Below are positions 27,714 to 36,932 of a stretch of DNA of 64,000 bases, one piece after another. Numbering within the stretch: the first letter of the stretch is position 1; each line of letters opens with the position of its first letter. The notes beneath the pieces are model-generated. The model made no database searches. It saw only the letters and a program-made list of their open reading frames with translations, and was not told the DNA's origin. The stretch covers positions 74,638-138,637 of the forward strand of contig JADHMO010000001.1 in NCBI GenBank assembly GCA_016779995.1, in the 5' to 3' direction. The translations under genes were made by a program, and so were the position numbers. The DNA is from Flavobacteriales bacterium. Its GTDB lineage: Bacteria > Bacteroidota > Bacteroidia > Flavobacteriales > UBA7312.

Positions 27714-28457
27714 ATGAACATTGGTCCTGCTAGATTTAGTTATTTACCTGAGGTCGTTAAAAACCTACTCATTATCAACGCCTTGTTTTTTCTTGGAAAA
27801 ATTGTTCTTGGAAGTAGCTTTGGTATAGACCTAGATAAATTATTTGGTTTACATAATTGGCAATCACCTGATTTTAGACCACATCAGTTGGTGACACACC
27901 TCTTTATGCACGGTAATTTTTCTCATATTCTCTTTAATATGTTTGCCTTATGGATGTTTGGTAATCAACTAGAGAATATTTGGGGTGGAAAGCGTTTTTT
28001 AATTTACTATATGCTAACTGGATTTGGAGCAGCACTTTTACATTTAGGAGTCAATCAATTTCAGATTTCAATGGTAGAAGCTCAAATGTCAGTAGAGCAA
28101 ATAAATATGGTATTGGCAGACGGTTATAATGCAATACAGAATGGACAAAACTTTGTAAATCCTCTTATGGGTAAATTGAATGTATTATATCACACACCTA
28201 CTGTTGGAGCATCTGGTGCTGTATTTGGTTTACTATTAGCATTTGGAATGCTTTTCCCAAATACCCTTATCTACCTTTACTTTGCAATCCCTATCAAAGC
28301 TAAGTACTTTGTTGCCGCTTATGGCGCATTAGAACTTTATTTAGGTTTACAAAATAATCCAGGAGATAACGTAGCTCACTTTGCACATCTTGGAGGTATG
28401 TTATTTGGATACTTGCTTATCAAATATTGGAGAAAGAATAGTCAACATTTTTATTAA
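27714..28457 (+). CDS. rhomboid-family intramembrane serine protease
   Basis: HLFMHGNFSHILFNM...GASGAVFGLL...AHLGGMLFG gives the rhomboid Ser/His catalytic pair in TM segments. Confidence 0.88.
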   Translation: MNIGPARFSYLPEVVKNLLIINALFFLGKIVLGSSFGIDLDKLFGLHNWQSPDFRPHQLVTHLFMHGNFSHILFNMFALWMFGNQLENIWGGKRFLIYYMLTGFGAALLHLGVNQFQISMVEAQMSVEQINMVLADGYNAIQNGQNFVNPLMGKLNVLYHTPTVGASGAVFGLLLAFGMLFPNTLIYLYFAIPIKAKYFVAAYGALELYLGLQNNPGDNVAHFAHLGGMLFGYLLIKYWRKNSQHFY

Positions 28458-28459
28458 AC

Positions 28460-29332
28460 ATGATAATAAACGACTTAAAAAACAGCTTCAAACAAGGCAA
28501 CCTACTTAGTCGCCTCATTTACATCAACCTCGGTGTTTTTGTACTTATTAAAATTCTCGGTGTTTTCTTCTTCCTATTCAATTTAACTAGCTATGAAATA
28601 ATTGAAATATTAGCACTTCCTGCTGAAAGCAAAAAATTACTTTCTAAGCCTTGGACAATTATTACCTACATGTTTGTTCACAACGGCTTTATTCATCTGA
28701 TTTTCAATCTCTTATGGCTATATTTCGGAGGTGCTATTTTCTTAAAATACTTGAGTAACAAACAAATAGTTAGCACCTACATTTTAGGAGGTCTAACGGG
28801 GGGGGTATTTTATATTCTTGCTTTTAATTATTTTCCTGTTTTTGAGTCAGTACTTGAGCAATCTATAGCCGTAGGTTCATCGGCATCTGTCTTAGCTATA
28901 CTTATTGCTATCGCTACTTATGTACCCAATTATATTGTAAATCTCACTTTTATCGGTAGAGTAAAATTAAAACACATAGCTATCGTTTCAATTGTATTGG
29001 ATTTAATTTTAATACCTCAAGGAAATGCAGGAGGTCATATTGCTCATTTGGGTGGTGCTTTTTATGGATTCTACTTCAGTCGCCAATTGTTAAAAGGAAA
29101 AGATACTAGCCGATGGTTTAATCATCTAATGGATTATTTGGTTAATCTATTCAAGCCAACAAAGCCATTAAAAACAGCTTATAAAAGACCCATGACTGAT
29201 GACCAGTGGAGAGAGAATAAAGTCAATGACCAAGATAAAATCAATAAAATACTAGATAAAATTGCAAAATCTGGATACGAGAGCTTAAACAAAGAAGAAA
29301 AAGAAACCCTATTTAAAGCCAGTAAAAAATAA
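28460..29332 (+). CDS. second rhomboid-family protein with ~70-aa charged C-terminal extension
   Basis: FVHNGFIHLIFNL...GSSASVLAIL...AHLGGAFYG, then a tail ...DKINKILDKIAKSGYESLNKEEKETLFKASKK. Confidence 0.8.
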   Translation: MIINDLKNSFKQGNLLSRLIYINLGVFVLIKILGVFFFLFNLTSYEIIEILALPAESKKLLSKPWTIITYMFVHNGFIHLIFNLLWLYFGGAIFLKYLSNKQIVSTYILGGLTGGVFYILAFNYFPVFESVLEQSIAVGSSASVLAILIAIATYVPNYIVNLTFIGRVKLKHIAIVSIVLDLILIPQGNAGGHIAHLGGAFYGFYFSRQLLKGKDTSRWFNHLMDYLVNLFKPTKPLKTAYKRPMTDDQWRENKVNDQDKINKILDKIAKSGYESLNKEEKETLFKASKK

Positions 29333-29336
29333 AGAT

Positions 29337-30356
29337 ATGCTAAACGGCATCTTGTACATACTAAATATGTTGTTGCTTTTCGCACTTTTTTTGTCCTATG
29401 CCTCATCATATATAAGCCCCGACACTTTCTTATGGCCTATCGCCTTACTAGGTTTAATCTATCCTTTTTTATTACTCATCAATCTTTTATTTACTATCTA
29501 TTGGATTATACGTTTCAAAAAACATTTTTGGGCTAATATTATTGTCATATTACTAGGCTATGGGCATATTCAAAACCTCATAAACATACAAGATAAAGGA
29601 ATTGAGACAGAAGCAAAATTTTCGGTAATGAGTTTCAATGTACGTTTATTCAATGCCTACGATTGGATTAAGAAAGACGATGTGAAGCAAGAAATTATAG
29701 AATATCTAAATAAGGAATCCGTAAATATTCTTTGCCTACAAGAATTTTACGCTCCAGAAGAACTACCAAAACTTAACTATCCCCACAGTCATATTGGACT
29801 ACAGAGTGAACGAAAAAGTTGGCGAATGGCAACCTATTCCAACTTCCCTATATTCAAAAAAGGAACAGTTAGTATTTCTGGAGAAAGAACCAATAACGTT
29901 TGTATATATAGTGATATAGCCATAGGAGACGATAGTATTAGGGTGTATAATGTTCATCTAGCATCGAATTGGTTTGAAAAAGAGGATTATGAGTTTTTAG
30001 ACAGACCTTCCGTAGAAGGTGCTGAAAGCATCATCCAGCGACTTAAAACATCTTTTTTCAAAAGAGCAAAACAGGTCAAAGCCATAAAAGCACATATGAA
30101 TACCTCACCATACCCAATCATTCTGTGTGGTGATTTCAACGACACACCCACTTCTTTTAGCTATAAGCAACTCTCAGAAGGTTTAAATGATAGCTTTACT
30201 AATGCTGGAACGGGATTAGGACAGACTTACAATGGAAAATTTCCTACGCTTAGAATAGATTATATTTTACACAGCCCAGAATTTAAGATAAATAGTTTCA
30301 AAACAACAGAGGTCAATTTATCTGACCACTTCCCTATTGTCAGCACTTTCAACTAG
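29337..30356 (+). CDS. membrane-anchored endonuclease/exonuclease/phosphatase (EEP) family protein
   Basis: N-terminal TM segments, then VMSFNV...LCLQE...GDFN...SDHFPI EEP motifs. Confidence 0.82.
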   Translation: MLNGILYILNMLLLFALFLSYASSYISPDTFLWPIALLGLIYPFLLLINLLFTIYWIIRFKKHFWANIIVILLGYGHIQNLINIQDKGIETEAKFSVMSFNVRLFNAYDWIKKDDVKQEIIEYLNKESVNILCLQEFYAPEELPKLNYPHSHIGLQSERKSWRMATYSNFPIFKKGTVSISGERTNNVCIYSDIAIGDDSIRVYNVHLASNWFEKEDYEFLDRPSVEGAESIIQRLKTSFFKRAKQVKAIKAHMNTSPYPIILCGDFNDTPTSFSYKQLSEGLNDSFTNAGTGLGQTYNGKFPTLRIDYILHSPEFKINSFKTTEVNLSDHFPIVSTFN

Positions 30357-31939
30357 GGATTAAGCTTTTGAACACTTTTCAATTCCAATAAATTCATGGC
30401 ATTAGATTCAAAACCAACAATATCATTTTGCACAAATCGTATTACTTGATCGTAATATAAAGGAACAATTGCCGCCTCATCTAAAATCATTTGATCCATC
30501 AAATGGTAATAAAAACGTCTTTTTTCTAGATTAACTTCTTTTAGAGCCAATTCATAATAGTTATCGTAGGTTGGATTTGAAAAATGCGTGTAATTCGGTC
30601 CGTTCGGACAAAAATTCTTTGAATAAAATAATGCTAAATAATTTTCAGCATCGGCATAATCTGCTATCCACGAACCTCTAAAAAAATCTAATTTTGAAGT
30701 CGCAACCATTTGTCTATGTGTGGAGGGTGGATTAATATTTATTTCTAGTTGAATGCCCACTTCAGCCAATTGATTTTGAATAAATTCACACAAATCTAAG
30801 TAGGAACTGGTAGTATTGAGCTCTATTGAAATAGGGGTTGATATATCCGAATCGGCTAATAATTGCCTTGCCACTTCTGGATTGTAATCGTAACCTCGCA
30901 AACTATCTGTAAATGATGGTAAACCCTTCGGCACAAAACCTTCATTTGCAGGACTTCCAATGTTATTACGCAAATAAGTAATCATTTTTTGTCTGTCAAA
31001 GCCATAATTAATAGCCTTTCTTACCGCCAAATGTTGTGATGCTGACAAATTATTTTCATCCATCAAAAAGCCTAAATATTCGGTATTGAGATAGGGTAAG
31101 GTCTGTAGTTGTATTCTTCCAATATAATTCTCTTGCAGTTGACCCTGTGGCGTAAGTACTTCATCTTTGTAAGAAGCATCTAGCCCAGAGATAAAGTCCA
31201 AATTACCCTTGATAAATTCTAAAAAGGCTGTTTGCTTATCTTTTATAAACGTAATTGCAATTGCATCTAGTAATGGCAATCCATTTTCATAGAAATCCTC
31301 ATTTTTTCTTAGTACGAGTTTTACATTTTCTTTCCAATATTGAAAATGAAAAGGTCCTGTGCCAATTGGCGCATCTCGAAAGCTAGTATTTTCAACAATT
31401 TCTTGAGGAACAACAGAGCAATACGGCATACTCAGTAAGCCTAAAAAAGGAGGAAAAGGAGTTTTCAAACGAATAAAAAAAGTGCTATCGTTAATAGCCT
31501 CATAATAGTCAACATTGTTCATTACCCAAGCACCTGGAGAAGATACCGCTTTGTCAGTCAAACGATTAAAACTATACACAAAATCGTCTGCTTTGACCAC
31601 CCTATCTTGATAATCTTCAAACAATGAATGCTGGTGAAAAAGCACATCATTTCTTAGGTGAAAGGTATAACTTTGAGCATCTTCTGAAATAGTCCAAGAG
31701 TGAGCAATAGATGGCATAACATTAAGTTGAGAATCGACCTGCACTAAACCGTCAAAAATTTGATTAGCCACCCATATACTAGCTTGGTCTTTGGAAAAAG
31801 CAGGGTCTAAACTATTTATTCCTGCCGATTCATTATATCTGAAAATGGATAAATTCTCATCAGAATGTTTTTCCTGGCACGAGAAGAACACTAGAACAAC
31901 TAAAAAGAAAATAAATTGTCGAAATGAAGAAGCTGTCAT
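30353..31939 (-). CDS. ABC transporter substrate-binding lipoprotein, family 5 (peptide/nickel type)
   Basis: Lipobox ...VFFSC, then a family-5 SBP pattern (LDPA...; ...RKAINYGFDR...). Confidence 0.82.
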   Translation of the reverse strand: MTASSFRQFIFFLVVLVFFSCQEKHSDENLSIFRYNESAGINSLDPAFSKDQASIWVANQIFDGLVQVDSQLNVMPSIAHSWTISEDAQSYTFHLRNDVLFHQHSLFEDYQDRVVKADDFVYSFNRLTDKAVSSPGAWVMNNVDYYEAINDSTFFIRLKTPFPPFLGLLSMPYCSVVPQEIVENTSFRDAPIGTGPFHFQYWKENVKLVLRKNEDFYENGLPLLDAIAITFIKDKQTAFLEFIKGNLDFISGLDASYKDEVLTPQGQLQENYIGRIQLQTLPYLNTEYLGFLMDENNLSASQHLAVRKAINYGFDRQKMITYLRNNIGSPANEGFVPKGLPSFTDSLRGYDYNPEVARQLLADSDISTPISIELNTTSSYLDLCEFIQNQLAEVGIQLEININPPSTHRQMVATSKLDFFRGSWIADYADAENYLALFYSKNFCPNGPNYTHFSNPTYDNYYELALKEVNLEKRRFYYHLMDQMILDEAAIVPLYYDQVIRFVQNDIVGFESNAMNLLELKSVQKLNP

Positions 31940-32111
31940 TGGTGCTAAAAATACACAAATAAAAAATTCAAAATCCAGTCTGTCGGAATATAAATCGAAA
32001 TGTCGGCTATCGGATTTATTGAACTACATCTTTTTGGTTAGCTTCATTGCGTGATAAACGTTTTGCTATTTTTGCATTTGTCAAGATGTAGTCTTCTAAC
32101 AAGACTGGAAA

Positions 32112-32246
32112 ATGAATTTTCAAAAAACTAAAAAAACTATAAAAAAACGACACATTGCTTTTGACAGCACTTCATTTTACGTACAGGATATTGTAAAGGT
32201 TACACTAATTATATTTTTTTTGTATTCTATTGAAACATTAACCTAA
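32112..32246 (+). CDS. candidate small ORF (44 aa), basic N-terminus plus hydrophobic C-terminal segment
   Basis: It encodes MNFQKTKKTIKKRHIAFDSTSFYVQDIVKVTLIIFFLYSIETLT*. It is preceded by a TATTTTTG box (32067-32074) and a 6-bp hairpin (AGTCTT-ctaac-AAGACT). No homology evidence, so it could be a chance ORF. Confidence 0.2.
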   Translation: MNFQKTKKTIKKRHIAFDSTSFYVQDIVKVTLIIFFLYSIETLT

Positions 32247-32263
32247 TAAACAATAGAAAAAGT

Positions 32264-32271
32264 TAATTTTG
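32264..32271 (+). promoter_or_regulatory. -7 box (TAATTTTG), 6 nt from mtaB ATG
   Basis: Exact TAnnTTTG. It overlaps the track's TTG start (32269), so ATG 32278 is the likely start. Confidence 0.5.
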
Positions 32272-32277
32272 CAACCG

Positions 32278-33594
32278 ATGGAAAATCAATCTACTGTTGC
32301 ATATTACACCCAAGGTTGTAAACTTAACTTTTCAGAAACCTCTACCATTTCAAGACAATTGACTAAAGAGGGCTATCAAAAAGTTGATTTTAAGGAAGTT
32401 GCTGATATTTATGTTATCAATACATGCTCAGTAACTGAAAATGCCGACAAAGAGTGTAAGCGTTTAGTAGCTTCAGCCTTAAAGACCTCACCAGATGCTT
32501 TTATAGTGGTGGTTGGTTGTTATGCACAGTTAAAGCCAGAACAAATTTCACAGATTGATGGAGTTGATTTGGTGCTTGGTGCAACAGAAAAGTTTAAACT
32601 CAATCATTACCTCAATGACTTGAGTAAAAAAGAGCATACAGAAATTCATTCTTGTGAAATAGATGATGCTAATTTTTTTGTTGATGCCTACTCTATTGGC
32701 GACAGAACCCGAGCTTTTTTGAAAGTACAAGACGGTTGTGATTATAAATGCACCTATTGTACTATCCCTTTAGCACGTGGTATTAGTAGAAGTGACAAAC
32801 TAGAAAATGTGCTTAATAATGCAAAAGCCATTTCCGAAAAAGGCATACAAGAAATCGTTTTAACTGGTGTTAATATTGGCGATTATGGCAAAGGAGAGTT
32901 TGGCAATAAAAAACACCAACACACCTTTTTAGACTTAGTCAAAGGGCTAGATAAAGTAGAGGGTATCAATCGATTACGAATATCTTCAATTGAGCCCAAC
33001 CTTTTAAAGAACGAAACCATAGAATATGTAGCTAATTCTAAAGCCTTTGTCCCCCACTTTCATATTCCTTTACAGTCTGGTTCTGACCATATTTTGAAAA
33101 AAATGAAAAGACGTTACTTGACCGACTTATATGTCGATAGAGTAAACACCATAAAATCTTTAATGCCACATTGTTGTATTGGCGTAGATGTTATTGTAGG
33201 TTTTCCGGGAGAAACAGAAGATCACTTTTTAAAAACCTATAATTTCCTCAACGAACTAGACATTTCCTATTTACACGTTTTCAGCTATTCTGAACGAGCC
33301 AACACCGAGGCTGCTGAGATGGCTAATGTAGTCGATAAAGGCCTACGACATAAAAGGAGTAAAATGTTGAGAGTACTTTCAGCTAAGAAGAAAAGACACT
33401 TTTACGAACAACAACAAGGCAGTGTACGTACCGTTTTGTTTGAAGGCGAAAATAAAGACGGATTTATGTATGGTTTTACTGAAAATTACCTTCGTGTAAA
33501 AGCTCCTTTTAATAGCGAGTGGATAAACCAACTTATGCCAACAAAACTTAACACTATTGATGAAGATGGAATTTATATCTTTGAATCACATTAA
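32278..33594 (+). CDS. mtaB: tRNA threonylcarbamoyladenosine methylthiotransferase MtaB (radical SAM)
   Basis: An N-terminal UPF0004 domain (TQGCKLNFSE...NTCSVT), a radical-SAM CDYKCTYC cluster and a C-terminal TRAM-like region. The GCKxN pattern favours MtaB over MiaB. Confidence 0.82.
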   Translation: MENQSTVAYYTQGCKLNFSETSTISRQLTKEGYQKVDFKEVADIYVINTCSVTENADKECKRLVASALKTSPDAFIVVVGCYAQLKPEQISQIDGVDLVLGATEKFKLNHYLNDLSKKEHTEIHSCEIDDANFFVDAYSIGDRTRAFLKVQDGCDYKCTYCTIPLARGISRSDKLENVLNNAKAISEKGIQEIVLTGVNIGDYGKGEFGNKKHQHTFLDLVKGLDKVEGINRLRISSIEPNLLKNETIEYVANSKAFVPHFHIPLQSGSDHILKKMKRRYLTDLYVDRVNTIKSLMPHCCIGVDVIVGFPGETEDHFLKTYNFLNELDISYLHVFSYSERANTEAAEMANVVDKGLRHKRSKMLRVLSAKKKRHFYEQQQGSVRTVLFEGENKDGFMYGFTENYLRVKAPFNSEWINQLMPTKLNTIDEDGIYIFESH

Positions 33595-33604
33595 ATAAGC
33601 TCTT

Positions 33605-34762
33605 ATGTATCCAAACATTAGTTACTTACTCAACGACCTTTTTGGTGTCTATATACCATTACCGATACAAACTTTTGGTTTTTTTGTGGCATTAGCCTTT
33701 ATTTTCTCTAGCTGGACTTTGGCTTTAGAACTGAAACGCAAAGAAAAAATTGGCTTAATAAAAGCGGTAAAACGTCCCAAGTTGGTAGGTCAAAAAATAA
33801 GTACTACTCAATTAATTTCTGCTGCTGCCTTAGGCTTTATTTTAGGTTACAAATTACTTTATGCTGCTCTTAACTACTCAGAATTTGTAGGCAATCCACA
33901 AGCAGTTATCTTATCTACTGAAGGTCATTTAATAGGGGGGCTTTTAGGGGCTATACTAAACGCCTTTTTAAAACACAGAGAGTATAAAAAACAAGAATTG
34001 GATCAACCCAAAACAGTCAATGAAACGGTTCACCCCTACCAATTAGTTGGTAACATTACTATGATAGCTGCTGTTGCAGGTATTTTAGGAGCTAAAATCT
34101 TTCACAACCTAGAAAACATGAATGACTTTTTGGCTGACCCTATTGGGCAATTGCTATCCTTTAGTGGACTTACCTTTTATGGAGGCTTAATTTGTGGAGC
34201 AATAGCCGTTATCTACTACGCTAAAAAGTACGGCATACACTACAAAATCATTAGTGATGCTGCTGCACCCGGACTGATGTTAGCTTACGGAATAGGACGT
34301 ATGGGTTGTCACTTTTCTGGCGATGGCGATTGGGGAATAACCAACCTAGCACCTAAACCCGAATGGTTGAGCTTTTTACCCGATTGGGCGTGGGCTTACA
34401 CCTACCCTCACAACGTCATCAATGCTGGTGTTCCAATAGAAGGTTGTGTTGGCCCGTATTGCAACGAATTGCTATACCCTGTCTTCCCTACTCCTATCTA
34501 TGAAATTATAATGGCATTAGGATTATTTGCTCTCTTGTGGTACTTACGCAAACGCATAAACATCGCTGGTATGTTATTCGGTATATATATGGTAGTTAAT
34601 GGTCTAGAACGTTTCTTCATTGAGAAAATAAGAGTGAATACCAACTACATCTTGTTTGGACAAGAGATTACTCAGGCAGAACTCATTTCCTTGGCTATGA
34701 TTATAAGTGGTCTAGCCATAGTGTACAGGCTAAATACACAACATAAAAAAACGGCAACTTAA
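33605..34762 (+). CDS. lgt: prolipoprotein diacylglyceryl transferase (long form)
   Basis: A polytopic membrane protein with ...FHNLEN...GLTFYGGL...GRMGCHFSGDG... Lgt signature blocks. Confidence 0.8.
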   Translation: MYPNISYLLNDLFGVYIPLPIQTFGFFVALAFIFSSWTLALELKRKEKIGLIKAVKRPKLVGQKISTTQLISAAALGFILGYKLLYAALNYSEFVGNPQAVILSTEGHLIGGLLGAILNAFLKHREYKKQELDQPKTVNETVHPYQLVGNITMIAAVAGILGAKIFHNLENMNDFLADPIGQLLSFSGLTFYGGLICGAIAVIYYAKKYGIHYKIISDAAAPGLMLAYGIGRMGCHFSGDGDWGITNLAPKPEWLSFLPDWAWAYTYPHNVINAGVPIEGCVGPYCNELLYPVFPTPIYEIIMALGLFALLWYLRKRINIAGMLFGIYMVVNGLERFFIEKIRVNTNYILFGQEITQAELISLAMIISGLAIVYRLNTQHKKTAT

Positions 34763-34776
34763 AAATTAGTTTTGCC

Positions 34777-35766
34777 ATGAAAAACATCTTATTAATTCTT
34801 CTTTTTTGTCAGCAACTGTATGCACAAAACACCATTAAAAATTTAGTTTTTGAAGGTGCAGGAGTACGTGGTATAGCTTATGCAGGAGCTATTAAGGAAT
34901 TGGAAAACAACAAGCTAATTAGTCAAATAGAAAAAGTAGGTGGCACTTCGGCAGGAGCTATTACGGCTATGATGTTAGCCATAGGGTATTCTTCAGATGA
35001 AATCGGTGAAATTATATCACAAACTAAATTGAATAAATTTAATAATGGTAAATACTTATTTTTTGGAGGTATATATAGAATGAAAAAACAATTTGGCTGG
35101 TATAAAGCCAAACGATTTGATAAATGGCTAACAACAATTATAGAGAACAAAACCGCCAATCCGAACATTACTTTTTCAGAACTTAACCAAGAAGGTTACA
35201 TCGATTTATACGTAACGGCAACTTGTCTCAACAAACAACAGTCTATAATTCTGAGTAAAGAAAGCTACCCAAGCATGAAAATAAAAGATGCAGTACGTAT
35301 TTCTATGTCTATACCTCTTTATTTTGAAGCGGTATTTATAGATAGTCTAGGCAATGTTTACGAGAAACCAAAAGAAAACCAAGAACTAGATATTATGGTC
35401 GATGGAGGAATAGTCTTAAACTACCCCATTACACTATTCGATAGCATCTCTGAGGGTAAACGAATTATTAACCCACATACCCTAGGGTTCAAAATAGAAA
35501 GAGCCGAACAAATACAATACAACAAGCACCAACTACTTGCTCCAATGGCAATACATCAACTCGATGATTATGTATCAGCTCTGTATAACTATGTCATTGA
35601 AAACCTAAATAACAAAGGGCTCAAGCAAGAAGATTGGAATCGTACTGTATTTATATCTTCTGAAGGTATTTCGCCCAAGATTAAAAAACTTAAAAAAGAA
35701 GAAAAACAAAAACTAATAGACAGCGGCAGACATTATAGCCAAAACTATTTGAATAGTTTTCATTAA
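34777..35766 (+). CDS. patatin-like phospholipase
   Basis: FEGAGVRGIAYAGA (oxyanion GGxR/K-like), GTSAGAI (GxSxG) and DGG motifs, with a signal peptide. Confidence 0.88.
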   Translation: MKNILLILLFCQQLYAQNTIKNLVFEGAGVRGIAYAGAIKELENNKLISQIEKVGGTSAGAITAMMLAIGYSSDEIGEIISQTKLNKFNNGKYLFFGGIYRMKKQFGWYKAKRFDKWLTTIIENKTANPNITFSELNQEGYIDLYVTATCLNKQQSIILSKESYPSMKIKDAVRISMSIPLYFEAVFIDSLGNVYEKPKENQELDIMVDGGIVLNYPITLFDSISEGKRIINPHTLGFKIERAEQIQYNKHQLLAPMAIHQLDDYVSALYNYVIENLNNKGLKQEDWNRTVFISSEGISPKIKKLKKEEKQKLIDSGRHYSQNYLNSFH

Positions 35767-35770
35767 GCTC

Positions 35771-35778
35771 TATATTTG
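35771..35778 (+). promoter_or_regulatory. -7 box (TATATTTG) for the small beta-barrel gene pair
   Basis: Exact TAnnTTTG, 22 nt upstream of ATG 35801. Confidence 0.4.
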
Positions 35779-35800
35779 AATCTTCTTTAAGCAAACTACT

Positions 35801-36355
35801 ATGAAAAAACTATTCCTAATCGTCCTTTTATTTTCTACTATTATATGCTTCGCTCAACAGAAAAAAGAGGCTAAAAATGAAGTTACTATAAGTCCTGCGT
35901 CTATTTTTTTTGTGAAACCTACAATAACTTATGAAAGGCTTTTTAAAGATGGTGTTCATTCTGTTGGAATAGATTTAGGAATGCATTTTGGAGAAAACAC
36001 TGATGAGAATAGAATAAATATTTTGGATCATGATTTTTTTGAAAAAAATATAATTAGACCATTTTACCGCTTGTATTTTGGCGAGAATTACAACAAAATT
36101 TATTTTGAAAGTCATCTCAATTTTGATAAGATTTACTACTACCCTTATAATGATTATCCAGTAAGTGAGGTATTCAATAAAATCGGATTAGGGTTTAATA
36201 TTGGATACAAAAAAGTTTCTGCTAAAAACTTTGTTTTTCAATTGAAAGCCGGAGTTTCAAAAGATTTTAAAAATGAATATTCATCTGGAAATGATTCAGA
36301 TATTAACGTAAGCTTTCGATACACAGCATTACTTTCTATAGGAAAACGTTTCTAA
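35801..36355 (+). CDS. small outer-membrane beta-barrel-like protein, tandem paralog A
   Basis: Signal peptide, ...ISPASIFFVKPTITYERLF..., C-terminal ...SIGKRF. Paralogous to the next gene. Confidence 0.5.
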   Translation: MKKLFLIVLLFSTIICFAQQKKEAKNEVTISPASIFFVKPTITYERLFKDGVHSVGIDLGMHFGENTDENRINILDHDFFEKNIIRPFYRLYFGENYNKIYFESHLNFDKIYYYPYNDYPVSEVFNKIGLGFNIGYKKVSAKNFVFQLKAGVSKDFKNEYSSGNDSDINVSFRYTALLSIGKRF

Positions 36356-36380
36356 ACCAATAACATTAAGCCATTTGATT

Positions 36381-36932
36381 ATGAAAAAAGTATTATTAAT
36401 TAGCCTTATATTATCTAGTATTTCGGCATACTCTCAAAAAAATGAGATTTCAATAAACCCACTTAATATACTATATAAAAGACCTGTTATAAGCTACGAA
36501 AGGCTTTTAAATAAGAGTCATTCTGTTGGTATAAATATTGGTAATTATTTTGGAAATGAAAAATATGAAATTACTCTTGTAGGTTCAATGTACTATTATA
36601 AACAAATTATTCGACCTTATCATAGAATGTATTTTGAAAAAAACCATTCAACCTTTTATATTGAAACTCATCTAAATTTCGACCTTTTTTTTATGAACGA
36701 ATATGAAGATTATTATCTACCTCATGAATTAGATAAAAAATTTCGTAAAACAGGATTGGGCATAGCCTTTGGCTATAAATATCTAAACAGTAAAAACTAT
36801 TTTATCCAAATTATGAGTGGTCTATCAAAAGATTTTAACAATAAAGATGTTTATGAAAATTTGCAAGGTAATTTAAGCTATCCTATAAGTATCGACTTCA
36901 TTGGAGGTATTACTATCGGCAAACGCTTTTAA
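36381..36932 (+). CDS. small outer-membrane beta-barrel-like protein, tandem paralog B
   Basis: ...ISINPLNILYKRPVISYERLL..., IRPYHRMYF..., C-terminal ...TIGKRF. Same length and motifs as 35801-36355. Confidence 0.5.
   Translation: MKKVLLISLILSSISAYSQKNEISINPLNILYKRPVISYERLLNKSHSVGINIGNYFGNEKYEITLVGSMYYYKQIIRPYHRMYFEKNHSTFYIETHLNFDLFFMNEYEDYYLPHELDKKFRKTGLGIAFGYKYLNSKNYFIQIMSGLSKDFNNKDVYENLQGNLSYPISIDFIGGITIGKRF

Noticed and set aside
28798-28805. G8 homopolymer inside the second rhomboid gene, as a possible slipped-strand phase-variation site. G6/C6 runs also occur at 33935-33940 and 24134-24139.
   Set aside because: All of these arise from GGG-GGG Gly-Gly codon pairs in conserved TM motifs of intact housekeeping-type genes. 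There is no evidence of frameshifted variants. The tract is statistically unusual but most simply explained by codon choice.
30353-30356. Convergent genes sharing the palindrome CTAG as both stop codons (EEP gene and SBP gene). Other zero-spacer convergent stops occur at 62-67 and 58506-58511.
   Set aside because: The observation is real, but it is a trivial consequence of compact genome packing. It has no functional implication I can support.
31791-32054. 87-aa plus-strand ORF overlapping the 5' end of the family-5 SBP gene.
   Set aside because: It mostly overlaps the signal-peptide region of a confident minus-strand gene, has no motif, and has a low-complexity, Lys/Ser-rich sequence.
34767-34774. 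A TAGTTTTG box only 2 nt upstream of the patatin ATG, as another leaderless promoter.
   Set aside because: The spacer is too short for +1 to precede the AUG. The gene follows lgt by 14 nt and is more likely co-transcribed, so the box may be fortuitous.
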